A DNA stretch of 25,492 nt from Candidatus Pacearchaeota archaeon. Its GTDB lineage: Archaea; Nanobdellota; Nanobdellia; Pacearchaeales; GW2011-AR1. The position numbers were made by a program, and so were the translations under genes. Location: contig JAGVXJ010000068.1 in assembly GCA_018303895.1 (NCBI GenBank), positions 1-25,492 of the forward strand, given 5' to 3'. The notes below the pieces were generated by a model. It searched no databases, was not told where the DNA came from, and saw nothing but the letters and a program-made list of their open reading frames with translations. The stretch's first letter is position 1. Each line of letters opens with the position of its first letter. Below are positions 1-8,061 of this stretch, one piece after another.

Positions 1-653
1 TTAACTTCTGCAGAAACTTCTATAAATTTTTTATTTATTTTTACTTCTATTGACTCTCCAGTTGGTTGGATTATTTTTTTAAATCCACTAAAAAGATTAA
101 ATGCAATACTTCCCGAACCACAAGCAGTTTCTTTTACAAAAGAATTGACTTCACGAACATAAACATAAGGAGTTATTTGTTTTGATTATAAATAATTACA
201 CCGAAGGCGGGTTTGTTATACTTATTGGACATTTCTAAAAGAAATTCTTTTGAGGTTTTTTCTCCATCTTTTTTGTTAATGCAAATAAATCCAATTCCAC
301 CAAATAAAATTACCTTGTCAAATCGTTGATAATCTAATGGGATTTTTATTTTAGTTTTCTCTCCGGAATTTTCATAGTCAATTCCTTCTGTTATTCCACT
401 GGTGAATATTTTTCCTTGTTTATTTTCTAGTTGAGACGCAAAAGCTAATGTCCCATTAATGCATAATTCTCCCCCCATAAGTTCCAATTTTGGAATTCCA
501 TTTTTTGAAGAAATAAAATCAACCTGTTCAACTTTTTTTAGCAATTCCTTTGAAACTTGATTTTTTAATTCTCGAGGGTAGTTGCTAACTAACGCCGTGC
601 TATTTCCCCCTGCAATTTTCAAAATAGAGTAGGTGAATATAATCAGCTTTCAT
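1..653 (-). pseudogene. DapF/CntK-like (PLP-independent, two-cysteine) amino-acid epimerase/racemase with two single-base frameshifts; 3' end runs off the window
   Basis: ORF 173..622 carries GGN-STALV and GELCING (first catalytic Cys motif). A different frame starting near 176 reads ITPYVYVREVNSFVKETACGSGSIAF...IEVSAEV to the window edge and carries the second Cys motif, ETACGSG. ATG at 653 is one base out of frame with the body (ATGAAAG vs ATGAAG). Confidence 0.7.
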
Positions 654-697
654 ATTAAGCAAATCCTCCAAAAAAAGAAAGAAATTTTTTCATTTCT

Positions 698-773
698 TTC
701 ATTAATGCTCGTCCAGACTCTCACAAGCTCGGTCCCAACTTTGTAAGCAAAGATTGGCGCAGTGACTTCGCAT
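698..773 (+). repeat. Dispersed mini-element copy A (left arm 698-713, 44-nt hairpin insert 714-757, right arm 758-773)
   Basis: Arms ttcattaatgctcgtc and cgcagtgacttcgcat match 9279-9294 and 9297-9312 at 30 of 32 positions. The insert folds as ccaa-ctttg-taag-caaag-a-ttgg. Confidence 0.85.
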
Positions 774-775
774 GA

Positions 776-847
776 AGCGGGAGGCGAGAATCGAACTCGC
801 GTCTTGGGATCCACAATCCCACATTCTACCACTGAACTACAACCGCC
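776..847 (-). tRNA. tRNA-His (GTG) with encoded G-1; two acceptor-stem mismatches; no encoded CCA
   Basis: Minus strand reads G-GCGGTTG TA GTTC AGTGGTA GAAT G TGGGA TT GTG GA TCCCA AGAC GCGAG TTCGATT CTCGC CTCCCGC T. D, anticodon and T arms are canonical. Confidence 0.9.
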
Positions 848-1068
848 ATTATAGCCCTCAAATTCCAATTTATTCAATTGAGAAAAACTTGATATAAAAA
901 GATTCTTATTCAAAAACTTAGAATCAATAGAAAGATTTGCAGGCAAATCATTCAGTTGACTTTTTAACAAGTTAAAAAGATCAAAAGCACAGCTGTAGAA
1001 ATCCTTCTTTGGATCAATGAAAACATTCTCGCACTAAGGCGAGTTTGAGTTTAGCTGTCATAGAATTT

Positions 1069-1821
1069 TCAGTTATAACCAGTTTTTAAATTTTTACTTT
1101 CCAGAATTTTTATCGCTTCAAGGACGACTTTGATTGAGTTTTTCATTCCTTCATCAACCTTATTTTCATCGACGAGACGATAGATTACTTCCGGATTTTT
1201 TCTAACTTCTTCCGGTGGTTCAGGCGTGTTAACAGTTAATATCGCACCAGCCATCATTTTTCTTAATTGAGCAACTAAAAAAACTGCCGAACATTCCATC
1301 TCCGAACTGACTAAATTTTTTCCTTCCAATTTTGTAAAATTTTCCAAAGGTTCATAAAATGCGTCGTGAGTTCTGTTTGTTCCGACGAAATATCTCACTT
1401 TCAATTTTTTTGCTGCTTCAACTAACGCGTTAAAAACTTCTTTGTTCGCTTTAATTTTTTGATTTTCATAACCATATTCTTTTGTCGTTCCGTCGGCACA
1501 CCATGCTGAATCAGGAATTATCAAATCTCCAGGTTCCATTTCTTTTAACAATCCACCACAGGTTCCGATTCTTATCAAAACTTTTGCTTTAACATTAGCC
1601 AGCTCTTCAGTTACAATTGCTGCTGAAGGACATCCCATTCCCGTCGTGACTACTGAAATTTTTGTATCTTCATAATTCCCCTCGGCAATTCTAAGCCCGC
1701 GATTATTATTAATTTCTTTTTCATTAGTCAAAAATTTCAATATCTTTCCAACTCTGTCTGGATCTCCGGGAAGAAGAACATAATTTTGAATCTTGTCTAT
1801 TTTCAAATGTGGTTGAATCAT
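1069..1821 (-). CDS. udp: Uridine phosphorylase / NP-I family nucleoside phosphorylase
   Basis: Motifs LLPGDPDRV, TTGMGCPSAAIVTEEL, LIRIGTCGGL, THDAFY and EMECSAVF. Confidence 0.9.
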   Translation of the reverse strand: MIQPHLKIDKIQNYVLLPGDPDRVGKILKFLTNEKEINNNRGLRIAEGNYEDTKISVVTTGMGCPSAAIVTEELANVKAKVLIRIGTCGGLLKEMEPGDLIIPDSAWCADGTTKEYGYENQKIKANKEVFNALVEAAKKLKVRYFVGTNRTHDAFYEPLENFTKLEGKNLVSSEMECSAVFLVAQLRKMMAGAILTVNTPEPPEEVRKNPEVIYRLVDENKVDEGMKNSIKVVLEAIKILESKNLKTGYN

Positions 1822-1853
1822 TATTTAATTTGTCTCGCAGGTTTTAAATATTT

Positions 1854-2660
1854 TTAGATTATCTTCTGGATATAATTCACAAAATCTAAAACTCCTTCAG
1901 TGTAGGATTTTCTTGAAACTAGTCCGTTATTTTTTCTTACAAATCTTTTTACTTCTTCTCTCGCGTTTGCCGGACAACCAATCATTTTTGGTGAAGATTC
2001 TTGAAACATTAATATGTCTGGAATTTCATCTCCAAATGAAGCTATTCTATTTTCTCCCGCAATTTTTTTCATCGGATTACTCTTCAAAGCATTTTTTGGA
2101 GTGAGAATAATATTCCCATACTTTTTAGAAAAGAAAAGATTGTATTTTTCTCCGTAAACTTTTTTTAATCTTTCAAAAACATTTGAAGTAAATTCATCGT
2201 TCTCTGTTGGAATTCCTTGATTGATTACTCTTGGATAAACTGTCGCTGTAAAGATTCTGCTTTTTTCACAGTATGCTTCTTTAGAAAGCGAACTGAAAAA
2301 TTTTTCTGGACTTTTGACTAAGTCATCTGTAGATATAAAAGAAACTCTGTCACATAAATTTTTCAAACTTTTTTTCAGGTTCTCCCGCGAAAATTTAACA
2401 CCAAATGCATTTTCATCCAAATTTTTTGCCGGATTAAAAACTCCCTGCCCATTTTCGTAAACTATTAATCCATTAGTTTTTATCTGTGACCAAATATCAA
2501 TAATATTTTTCAATGATCGATTTGAATTCAAATGGAAATTTATTTCACCAAAATATTTTCTTAATTCCTTTTTTAATTCATCAACTGGGATATTAAATCG
2601 GTATTTTTCGTCAATAAAACACCCATCAATATCAAAAAAAACATCAGTCTTCTTCTTCAT
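1854..2660 (-). CDS. HAD-superfamily phosphatase, subclass IIB (Cof/SPP-like)
   Basis: Motif I FFDIDGC, motif II LNSNRS, motif III Lys (KSNP), motif IV FGDEIPD, then GCPANA. Confidence 0.85.
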   Translation of the reverse strand: MKKKTDVFFDIDGCFIDEKYRFNIPVDELKKELRKYFGEINFHLNSNRSLKNIIDIWSQIKTNGLIVYENGQGVFNPAKNLDENAFGVKFSRENLKKSLKNLCDRVSFISTDDLVKSPEKFFSSLSKEAYCEKSRIFTATVYPRVINQGIPTENDEFTSNVFERLKKVYGEKYNLFFSKKYGNIILTPKNALKSNPMKKIAGENRIASFGDEIPDILMFQESSPKMIGCPANAREEVKRFVRKNNGLVSRKSYTEGVLDFVNYIQKII

Positions 2661-3555
2661 TTTTCTTTCTCTTGATTATTAATTCGTAGACAATATTACT
2701 TCTTTTAGACGGTTTTAATGCTACACTTATTTCATCCATAGCCAAGATTGATTTAATCGTTTTAAAGAAAGATTTATATTTGATTTTATAATCTTCAACA
2801 AATTCTTTCGGGATACTTGCCCAATTTTCTGGGTTCTCTGAATATTTAATGAAAAGATTTGCAGAGTTATCTGTATTTCTCATCGGAACTTTCCGACCAT
2901 CAAAACCTAAACAATCTCTCATTTCAAGCCAATCAATCCAATCAAAACTTTGAACATATTTTGTATTCAATCCAATAGCATTAAGTTTTTCGATTCCTTT
3001 TTTCCCTGCGAAAGCCAAATAAATTTTTTCTACTTCAATTCCTTCTACTCTAAATCTATTTTCGATTTCATCTCCAAGTGTCCCACCTTCAAAAGTTCCG
3101 ACGTCCATCAAGTCAATTTTTTTCCCATACCGCTTTTTTATTTGTCTTACTTGCTCGTCCAATGAAACAGCTCTAAATCTTGGGCCAAGTTTGTGTGGTT
3201 CATTCAAATTGTGCGGATTCTGAATTCTTGTAACATGATAATTTCCGTCGGGTAAATCTTGGCAATAAACATCATCAAAACTTATAATCGGATTTGATCC
3301 ACCATTTTCCGAGATTACTTTTCTCAAGCCCGAATCGATTTCTCTATCTGAAATAAATTTCATTTCCCAAGAAAAATTTCCTTTTTCATCGCTATCTTCT
3401 CTCTTTCCAATCAAGTCCCGCATTTCAGTAAAGTAGTATTGCTCAAGGAGTCTCAATGATTGTTTAATCTCGTCACTTAAAGGAACATTATGTCTATTTT
3501 CCAATAAGGGAACCAATCCACCAGTTAAGAGATAAACTTTATTTCGAGAGGGCAT
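2644..3555 (-). CDS. Hypothetical protein with a divergent type I phosphoribosyltransferase-like motif
   Basis: KKIDLMDVGTFEGGTL resembles the PRPP loop hhhhDDhhxTGxT. The stop overlaps the HAD gene start by 17 nt, suggesting an operon. Confidence 0.55.
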   Translation of the reverse strand: MPSRNKVYLLTGGLVPLLENRHNVPLSDEIKQSLRLLEQYYFTEMRDLIGKREDSDEKGNFSWEMKFISDREIDSGLRKVISENGGSNPIISFDDVYCQDLPDGNYHVTRIQNPHNLNEPHKLGPRFRAVSLDEQVRQIKKRYGKKIDLMDVGTFEGGTLGDEIENRFRVEGIEVEKIYLAFAGKKGIEKLNAIGLNTKYVQSFDWIDWLEMRDCLGFDGRKVPMRNTDNSANLFIKYSENPENWASIPKEFVEDYKIKYKSFFKTIKSILAMDEISVALKPSKRSNIVYELIIKRKKNEEED

Positions 3556-3600
3556 GAAATTACCATGCCAACTTGTTTATATATTTTTCCAAAAATAGAA

Positions 3601-3636
3601 TTGTACTTTTCTTCTAATAATTTTCTGACCCTCTAT
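3601..3636 (-). repeat. Second copy of the last 12 codons of eIF5A (33 of 36 nt identical to 3678-3713)
   Basis: The copy reads ata gag ggt cag aaa att att aga aga aaa gta caa; the gene reads ata gag gga caa aaa att att aga aga aaa gta taa. Confidence 0.95.
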
Positions 3637-3669
3637 GCGAAGCGACTACGTTCGGCGAGCATTTCTGGA
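3635..3669 (-). repeat. Dispersed mini-element copy C
   Basis: Minus strand tccagaaatgctcgcc-gaa-cgtagtcgcttcgcat aligns with copies A and B. It contains GCGAAGC on the + strand at 3637-3643. Confidence 0.8.
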
Positions 3670-3677
3670 ACAAAAAA

Positions 3678-4070
3678 TTATACTTTTCTTCTAATAATTT
3701 TTTGTCCCTCTATATCCCAATATTCACAATTTTCGCCTTCAACTAATTGGGCGAACAATTCTTCATCAGGGCAAGGAATATCCATTGTTTCAAAATTTTC
3801 TAAATCCATAACACTCGCAACTTTATCTCCTTTTGAAAGAACTTGTGCTTTTCTTTTATCCACCATTGGAACTTCGAACTTATCATGTCCCGGGCTAACA
3901 AAAACTTTCTTGTTTCCTGCAATTAAAGGCATTGCTTCAATTCTACATTTTGCGTGTCCGTGCTTTCCTGTCTTTGAAACATCCATACTTCTTACAACGC
4001 AAGGAACTCCATCAACCATAATGTTGACGCCAGCTTTCGCCTCTGTTGCCTCTATAATTTTTAATACCAT
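3678..4070 (-). CDS. eif5a: Translation factor aIF5A/eIF5A (130 aa; start corrected to ATG 4070)
   Basis: Hypusine motif SKTGKHGHAK and C-terminal OB-fold text QVLS...VMDLENFET. The longer track ORF overlaps the promoter region and the divergent gene. Confidence 0.95.
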   Translation of the reverse strand: MVLKIIEATEAKAGVNIMVDGVPCVVRSMDVSKTGKHGHAKCRIEAMPLIAGNKKVFVSPGHDKFEVPMVDKRKAQVLSKGDKVASVMDLENFETMDIPCPDEELFAQLVEGENCEYWDIEGQKIIRRKV

Positions 4071-4189
4071 ACGGACAATAAAAAAAGTATGTTTATAAAG
4101 ATTTTTACTAAATTTTTCTATTTCTAAAAAATAAATATCCTTTAAATCAAAAGATTTAAAAGTCGTAATAACTGGAGAGTTAAAACAAA

Positions 4190-4954
4190 ATGGCTCAATC
4201 AACTCAATTCAGAAACGGGCAATTGCCAAGAACACCTTCAGAAAGTTTGGAATCTATCTCTTCCAATCAGATATCTCAACAAATTCCAGAAGCTGATTTG
4301 GAAATGATTTCAAAAAAAGATGCCGACACAATTCTTGCACTTGCCGGAAGTTTTTATGAAAGATTCATGACTCGTGAAGCGGAATTGAAAGAAAAAAATA
4401 GCCTGACTCAATCTCAAGATAAATTAGTTCAATTAATTTTAGGAGAGATGGTCCCAAAAACTTATCTTTATGATATTGCAGAGCAAAATGGTTTGCCAAG
4501 AGAATTAATAGACAACATGGCGAAGATTAGTCTTGACAGCGGAAGAAGAAATGAATTAATGCAAAAATACTCTATGGATTTTTCTAAATTAGCTCGTGCA
4601 AAATATCTATCTAAAATGTTTGAAACACTTCTTCCTAATGACCATTATAAGATTAGTGATATAGATCGCTACGAACATTTTGCTATTTCAATAGATGAAT
4701 CTAGCACAGTCAAAAAAGATTTATTCGAATTATTATATGATCGTTGGATTATGAAAGACAAAAATCTTAACAAATTAGTAAGAAAATCAAAAACAATAGC
4801 CCATTTTAATTTTTGTTATAATACTCTAAAAGGAGAGGTAAGTGATCCATTTATTCTAAATGTTTTTGACTTTATTTTGGAACATTCGGATTCTGGAATG
4901 AAACCTTATCTTGAACCTAAAAAAGGAGATCTTAAATTCTCTGGTGCAATCTAA
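4190..4954 (+). CDS. Hypothetical helical protein
   Basis: 254-aa ORF divergent from eIF5A; no family motif recognised. Confidence 0.7.
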   Translation: MAQSTQFRNGQLPRTPSESLESISSNQISQQIPEADLEMISKKDADTILALAGSFYERFMTREAELKEKNSLTQSQDKLVQLILGEMVPKTYLYDIAEQNGLPRELIDNMAKISLDSGRRNELMQKYSMDFSKLARAKYLSKMFETLLPNDHYKISDIDRYEHFAISIDESSTVKKDLFELLYDRWIMKDKNLNKLVRKSKTIAHFNFCYNTLKGEVSDPFILNVFDFILEHSDSGMKPYLEPKKGDLKFSGAI

Positions 4955-4995
4955 CCTTCGCAAACTTTTTTAAACACTCTTCTTATAATTTTTTC

Positions 4996-5718
4996 ATGGC
5001 TTTGCAAAAAAAAGATTTTGTTGAAATAGAATTCACTGGAAAATTGAAAGACGGCGAAGAAATTTTTGATTCAAACATTAAAGCAGACGTTGAAAAAATG
5101 CACGCTGGTCATAATCACAGCAAAGAAAAGCATGATATGAATGTCAAGCCATTTGTTTTTTGTTTGGGAGAAAAAATGTTTCTCGAGGGTGTTGAAGATT
5201 TTTTAATTGATAAACCAGAAAATTCTGCTTCGTATAATATCGAAATTTCTCCAGAAAAATCTTTTGGGGTTAGGAATCCAAAATTAGTTCAGGTTGTTCC
5301 GATAAAAGTTTTTCATGCTCAAAGAATAAATCCAACTCAGGGAGATGTTTTGAATTTCGACGGAAAATTGGGAAAAATTTTGTCAGTTTCTGGCGGAAGA
5401 GTAATTACTGATTTCAATCATCCTCTTGCTGGAAAAGAAGTTATTTACAAGGTTAATCTAAAAAGAAAAGTCACTGATATAAATGAAAAAGTAAAAGCTC
5501 TGTTTGATTTCTTTTTCAGACAAAATTTTGAGTTTTCAGTTTCAGCTAACAAATTAATTGTAGAAGTTCCGACTGGATATTCACAACTCTTGATTTTGTT
5601 CAAAGACAAATTCAAAGAAATTTTAGGTTTGGAACTTGAAGTAAAAGAACTTTCTCTTGAAAACAAAAAAGAAATTTCTCAAAAGATAAAAGATAAAGTT
5701 GAAGAGATGAAAAATTAA
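4996..5718 (+). CDS. slyD: FKBP-type peptidyl-prolyl isomerase, archaeal long type (SlyD-like)
   Basis: DFVEIEFTGK...FDSN, PEKSFGVRNP and DFNHPLAGKEV (FKBP/IF-domain signature), plus an archaeal C-terminal domain. Confidence 0.9.
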   Translation: MALQKKDFVEIEFTGKLKDGEEIFDSNIKADVEKMHAGHNHSKEKHDMNVKPFVFCLGEKMFLEGVEDFLIDKPENSASYNIEISPEKSFGVRNPKLVQVVPIKVFHAQRINPTQGDVLNFDGKLGKILSVSGGRVITDFNHPLAGKEVIYKVNLKRKVTDINEKVKALFDFFFRQNFEFSVSANKLIVEVPTGYSQLLILFKDKFKEILGLELEVKELSLENKKEISQKIKDKVEEMKN

Positions 5719-5761
5719 GTTTCAACAAAATCCTTATAACTTTTGTTTTATTCTTTTTCTT

Positions 5762-6289
5762 ATGTCTTTAGATAAAAAATTAGAATTAATGAATTTATTA
5801 CATCAGTTAAATGTTGTCCAAAAAGGAACTTTCTCTTTAACCAGCGGGAAAATTTCAAATTTTTATCTCGACATTAAATTAGCTTTGGGAAATCCCTTGG
5901 CATTAATTCTAATGAGAGACTTACTTGTAGAAAAATTTTCTGAAAAAACTAGTTGTGTTGTTGCTTGTGGTTATGGCGGAATCGCTCTTGCAAGTGCAAT
6001 CTCTACAAATTATAACCTTCCCTTGTCGATGGTTCGAGCAGAGGAACGAACTCACGGAATGAAAAAAGCAATTGAAGGTTACATTCCAAATCCAAGCGAT
6101 GTTTGTGCTTTTATCGACGATGTTTTTTCAACAGGGAAAAGCATTAATTTGTTAGCAGATAAAATCCAACTAACCAGCGCAAAAATTTCAGGAGCTTATG
6201 TTGTTGTCAATCGGACTGATTTAAACAATAGTGAAAAAAATATTCCCTTTTCTCTTTATTCTTTATTTTCCATAAAAGATTTAGTCTAA
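5762..6289 (+). CDS. pyrE: Orotate phosphoribosyltransferase-like
   Basis: GTFSLTSGKISNFYLDIK, RAEERTHG and the PRPP loop FIDDVFSTGKS. Confidence 0.85.
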   Translation: MSLDKKLELMNLLHQLNVVQKGTFSLTSGKISNFYLDIKLALGNPLALILMRDLLVEKFSEKTSCVVACGYGGIALASAISTNYNLPLSMVRAEERTHGMKKAIEGYIPNPSDVCAFIDDVFSTGKSINLLADKIQLTSAKISGAYVVVNRTDLNNSEKNIPFSLYSLFSIKDLV

Positions 6290-6360
6290 TCTTAATACTC
6301 TTGATTATTCCTCTACATTTACATAATAATACTTATAAACACAAATTGATTCTCCTTTTC

Positions 6361-7473
6361 ATGACTGATGATATGTTCAAAAGAAGTGAAACAAAAGAGA
6401 AAAACTCTTCGGACGAAGTTCGGGAAATTGATAAAGAACTTGAAGAGCTATTAAAGAAACAGGCTGCGAAGATAAAAGTAATAGGAATTGGTGGTGGCGG
6501 AAATAATTCTTTGAGTAGAATGAGAGAAATTGGAATCAAAGGTGGAGAACTTATTGCGATAAACACCGACGCACAGGATTTGCTTTATGCTAACGCAGAT
6601 CATAAAATTCTAATCGGAAAAGAATTGACCATGGGTCTTGGTGCTGGAAGCAATCCTAAAGTTGGTGCCGAGGCTGCGAAAGAATCAGAATCTGAAATTA
6701 AGAAAAAACTTTCTGGCGGAGATATGGTTTTCATAACTTGTGGTTTGGGTGGAGGAACTGGAACTGGTGCAGCACCAGTCGTTGCAGCATTATCTAAAAA
6801 GCAAGGTGCCTTGACTATCGGAGTTGTAACTTTGCCTTTCACTCTTGAGGGTGCAAAAAGAATTGAGAATGCTATGGAAGGCCTTGAAAAAATGCAAGCT
6901 TCCGTCGATACTTTGATTGTTATCCCAAATGATAAACTTCTTGAACTTGCCCCAGATTTACCTTTGCATACCGCATTTAAAATTGCCGACGAGATTTTAA
7001 CGAATGCTGTGAAAGGCACAACTGAATTAATTACTACTTCCGGACTTGTAAATTTAGACTTTGCAGATATTCGTGCAGTAATGACTAATGGTGGAGTTTC
7101 TTTAATTGGGATGGGTGAAAGCGATTCTCAAAATCGTGCTGCCGATGCTGTTGAGAAAGCAATAAATAATCCTTTACTTGATGTGGACATTGCAAATGCG
7201 CAAGGAGCTTTAGTAAATATCGTCGGTGGACCTGACATGACTTTGGATGAATGTAGAATTGTTATGGACTCCGTTGGTTCAAAATTAAGTCCAGATGCAA
7301 AAATAATTTGGGGTGCAAAAATTTCTCCAGACATGGAAAAATCAATAAGAGTTTTAATTATTGTGACTGGCGTAAGAAGTTCGCAAATTTTGGGAGATGT
7401 TGATACTCTCGACGAAACGAGAAGAAAAGAAATTGAAGAAGAATTGGGGATTGAATTTTTTGAAAGTCAATAA
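6361..7473 (+). CDS. ftsZ: Cell division protein FtsZ (start moved to ATG 6361)
   Basis: GIGGGGNN, NTDAQD, GLGGGTGTGAAP tubulin signature and NLDFAD. A TATA-like cttataaa lies about 25 nt upstream of 6361. Confidence 0.97.
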   Translation: MTDDMFKRSETKEKNSSDEVREIDKELEELLKKQAAKIKVIGIGGGGNNSLSRMREIGIKGGELIAINTDAQDLLYANADHKILIGKELTMGLGAGSNPKVGAEAAKESESEIKKKLSGGDMVFITCGLGGGTGTGAAPVVAALSKKQGALTIGVVTLPFTLEGAKRIENAMEGLEKMQASVDTLIVIPNDKLLELAPDLPLHTAFKIADEILTNAVKGTTELITTSGLVNLDFADIRAVMTNGGVSLIGMGESDSQNRAADAVEKAINNPLLDVDIANAQGALVNIVGGPDMTLDECRIVMDSVGSKLSPDAKIIWGAKISPDMEKSIRVLIIVTGVRSSQILGDVDTLDETRRKEIEEELGIEFFESQ

Positions 7474-7477
7474 TAAA

Positions 7478-7711
7478 ATGGGAATCGAAATAAACGAATA
7501 CAAAGTTAAAGTTTTAGAAAGATTATGTTCAGCTCTCCCATTTAATACAACTATTTTCGAGGAGAAAGGATATTGTACTCTTTGTTCTCGAGATTGTTTT
7601 TATGCAAAAATTCCTTCGGAAGAAGACAAAAAAATTTTGTGCACAAAAAAAAATTATACTTTCTTGGATGAAACTTCTCCAGTCAATTTCAAAATTCCTC
7701 ATTTAGCCTAA
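7478..7711 (+). CDS. Small Cys-rich hypothetical protein (possible Zn-binding), 77 aa
   Basis: ATG 4 nt after the ftsZ stop; sequence contains C...CTLCSRDC...C. Confidence 0.6.
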   Translation: MGIEINEYKVKVLERLCSALPFNTTIFEEKGYCTLCSRDCFYAKIPSEEDKKILCTKKNYTFLDETSPVNFKIPHLA

Positions 7712-7750
7712 TAAACGAAATTTTAAAAACTCTGAATATTTGATTTAATT

Positions 7751-7954
7751 ATGGAAGACAATAATTTGGGCGGTTCTGGTTTCTCAACGAACGCAAAATC
7801 TTTTTTAATAAAATGTAAACGAGTTTGGTCAACACTTAAAAAACCTTCAAGAAAAGAATTTGAGATGGTTGCTAAAATTTCGGCAATAGGTATTGTTATT
7901 CTAGGCCTGTTTGGTTTTTTAATTTCAATTGTCATTAAGATGATTGCCGGTTAA
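7751..7954 (+). CDS. secE: Protein translocase subunit SecE/Sec61-gamma
   Basis: KKPSRKEF followed by the TM segment IGIVILGLFGFLI; conserved position between ftsZ and spt5. Confidence 0.92.
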   Translation: MEDNNLGGSGFSTNAKSFLIKCKRVWSTLKKPSRKEFEMVAKISAIGIVILGLFGFLISIVIKMIAG

Positions 7955-8061
7955 TTTTTACCTAAACAGAAAATTTAAAAACCCTTTTCCTTACTTATTT
8001 CTAACTACTTCTAAAAATTTAGGAGTTAGTTGAAACTAAACAATTCAAAAAATAAAACAAA

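Noticed and set aside
650-970. 106-aa track ORF on the minus strand
   Set aside because: It runs straight through tRNA-His and element A and has no protein motif; treated as spurious.
4956-6471. cttcgca at 4956-4962 and tgcgaag at 6465-6471 as further element copies
   Set aside because: These are only 7-mers, with no second arm; the latter lies inside ftsZ coding sequence.
8003-8031. Hairpin aactacttcta/taggag-t-tagtt upstream of spt5 as a ribosomal-protein leader
   Set aside because: A single imperfect stem with no recognisable L1-binding kink-turn; insufficient evidence.
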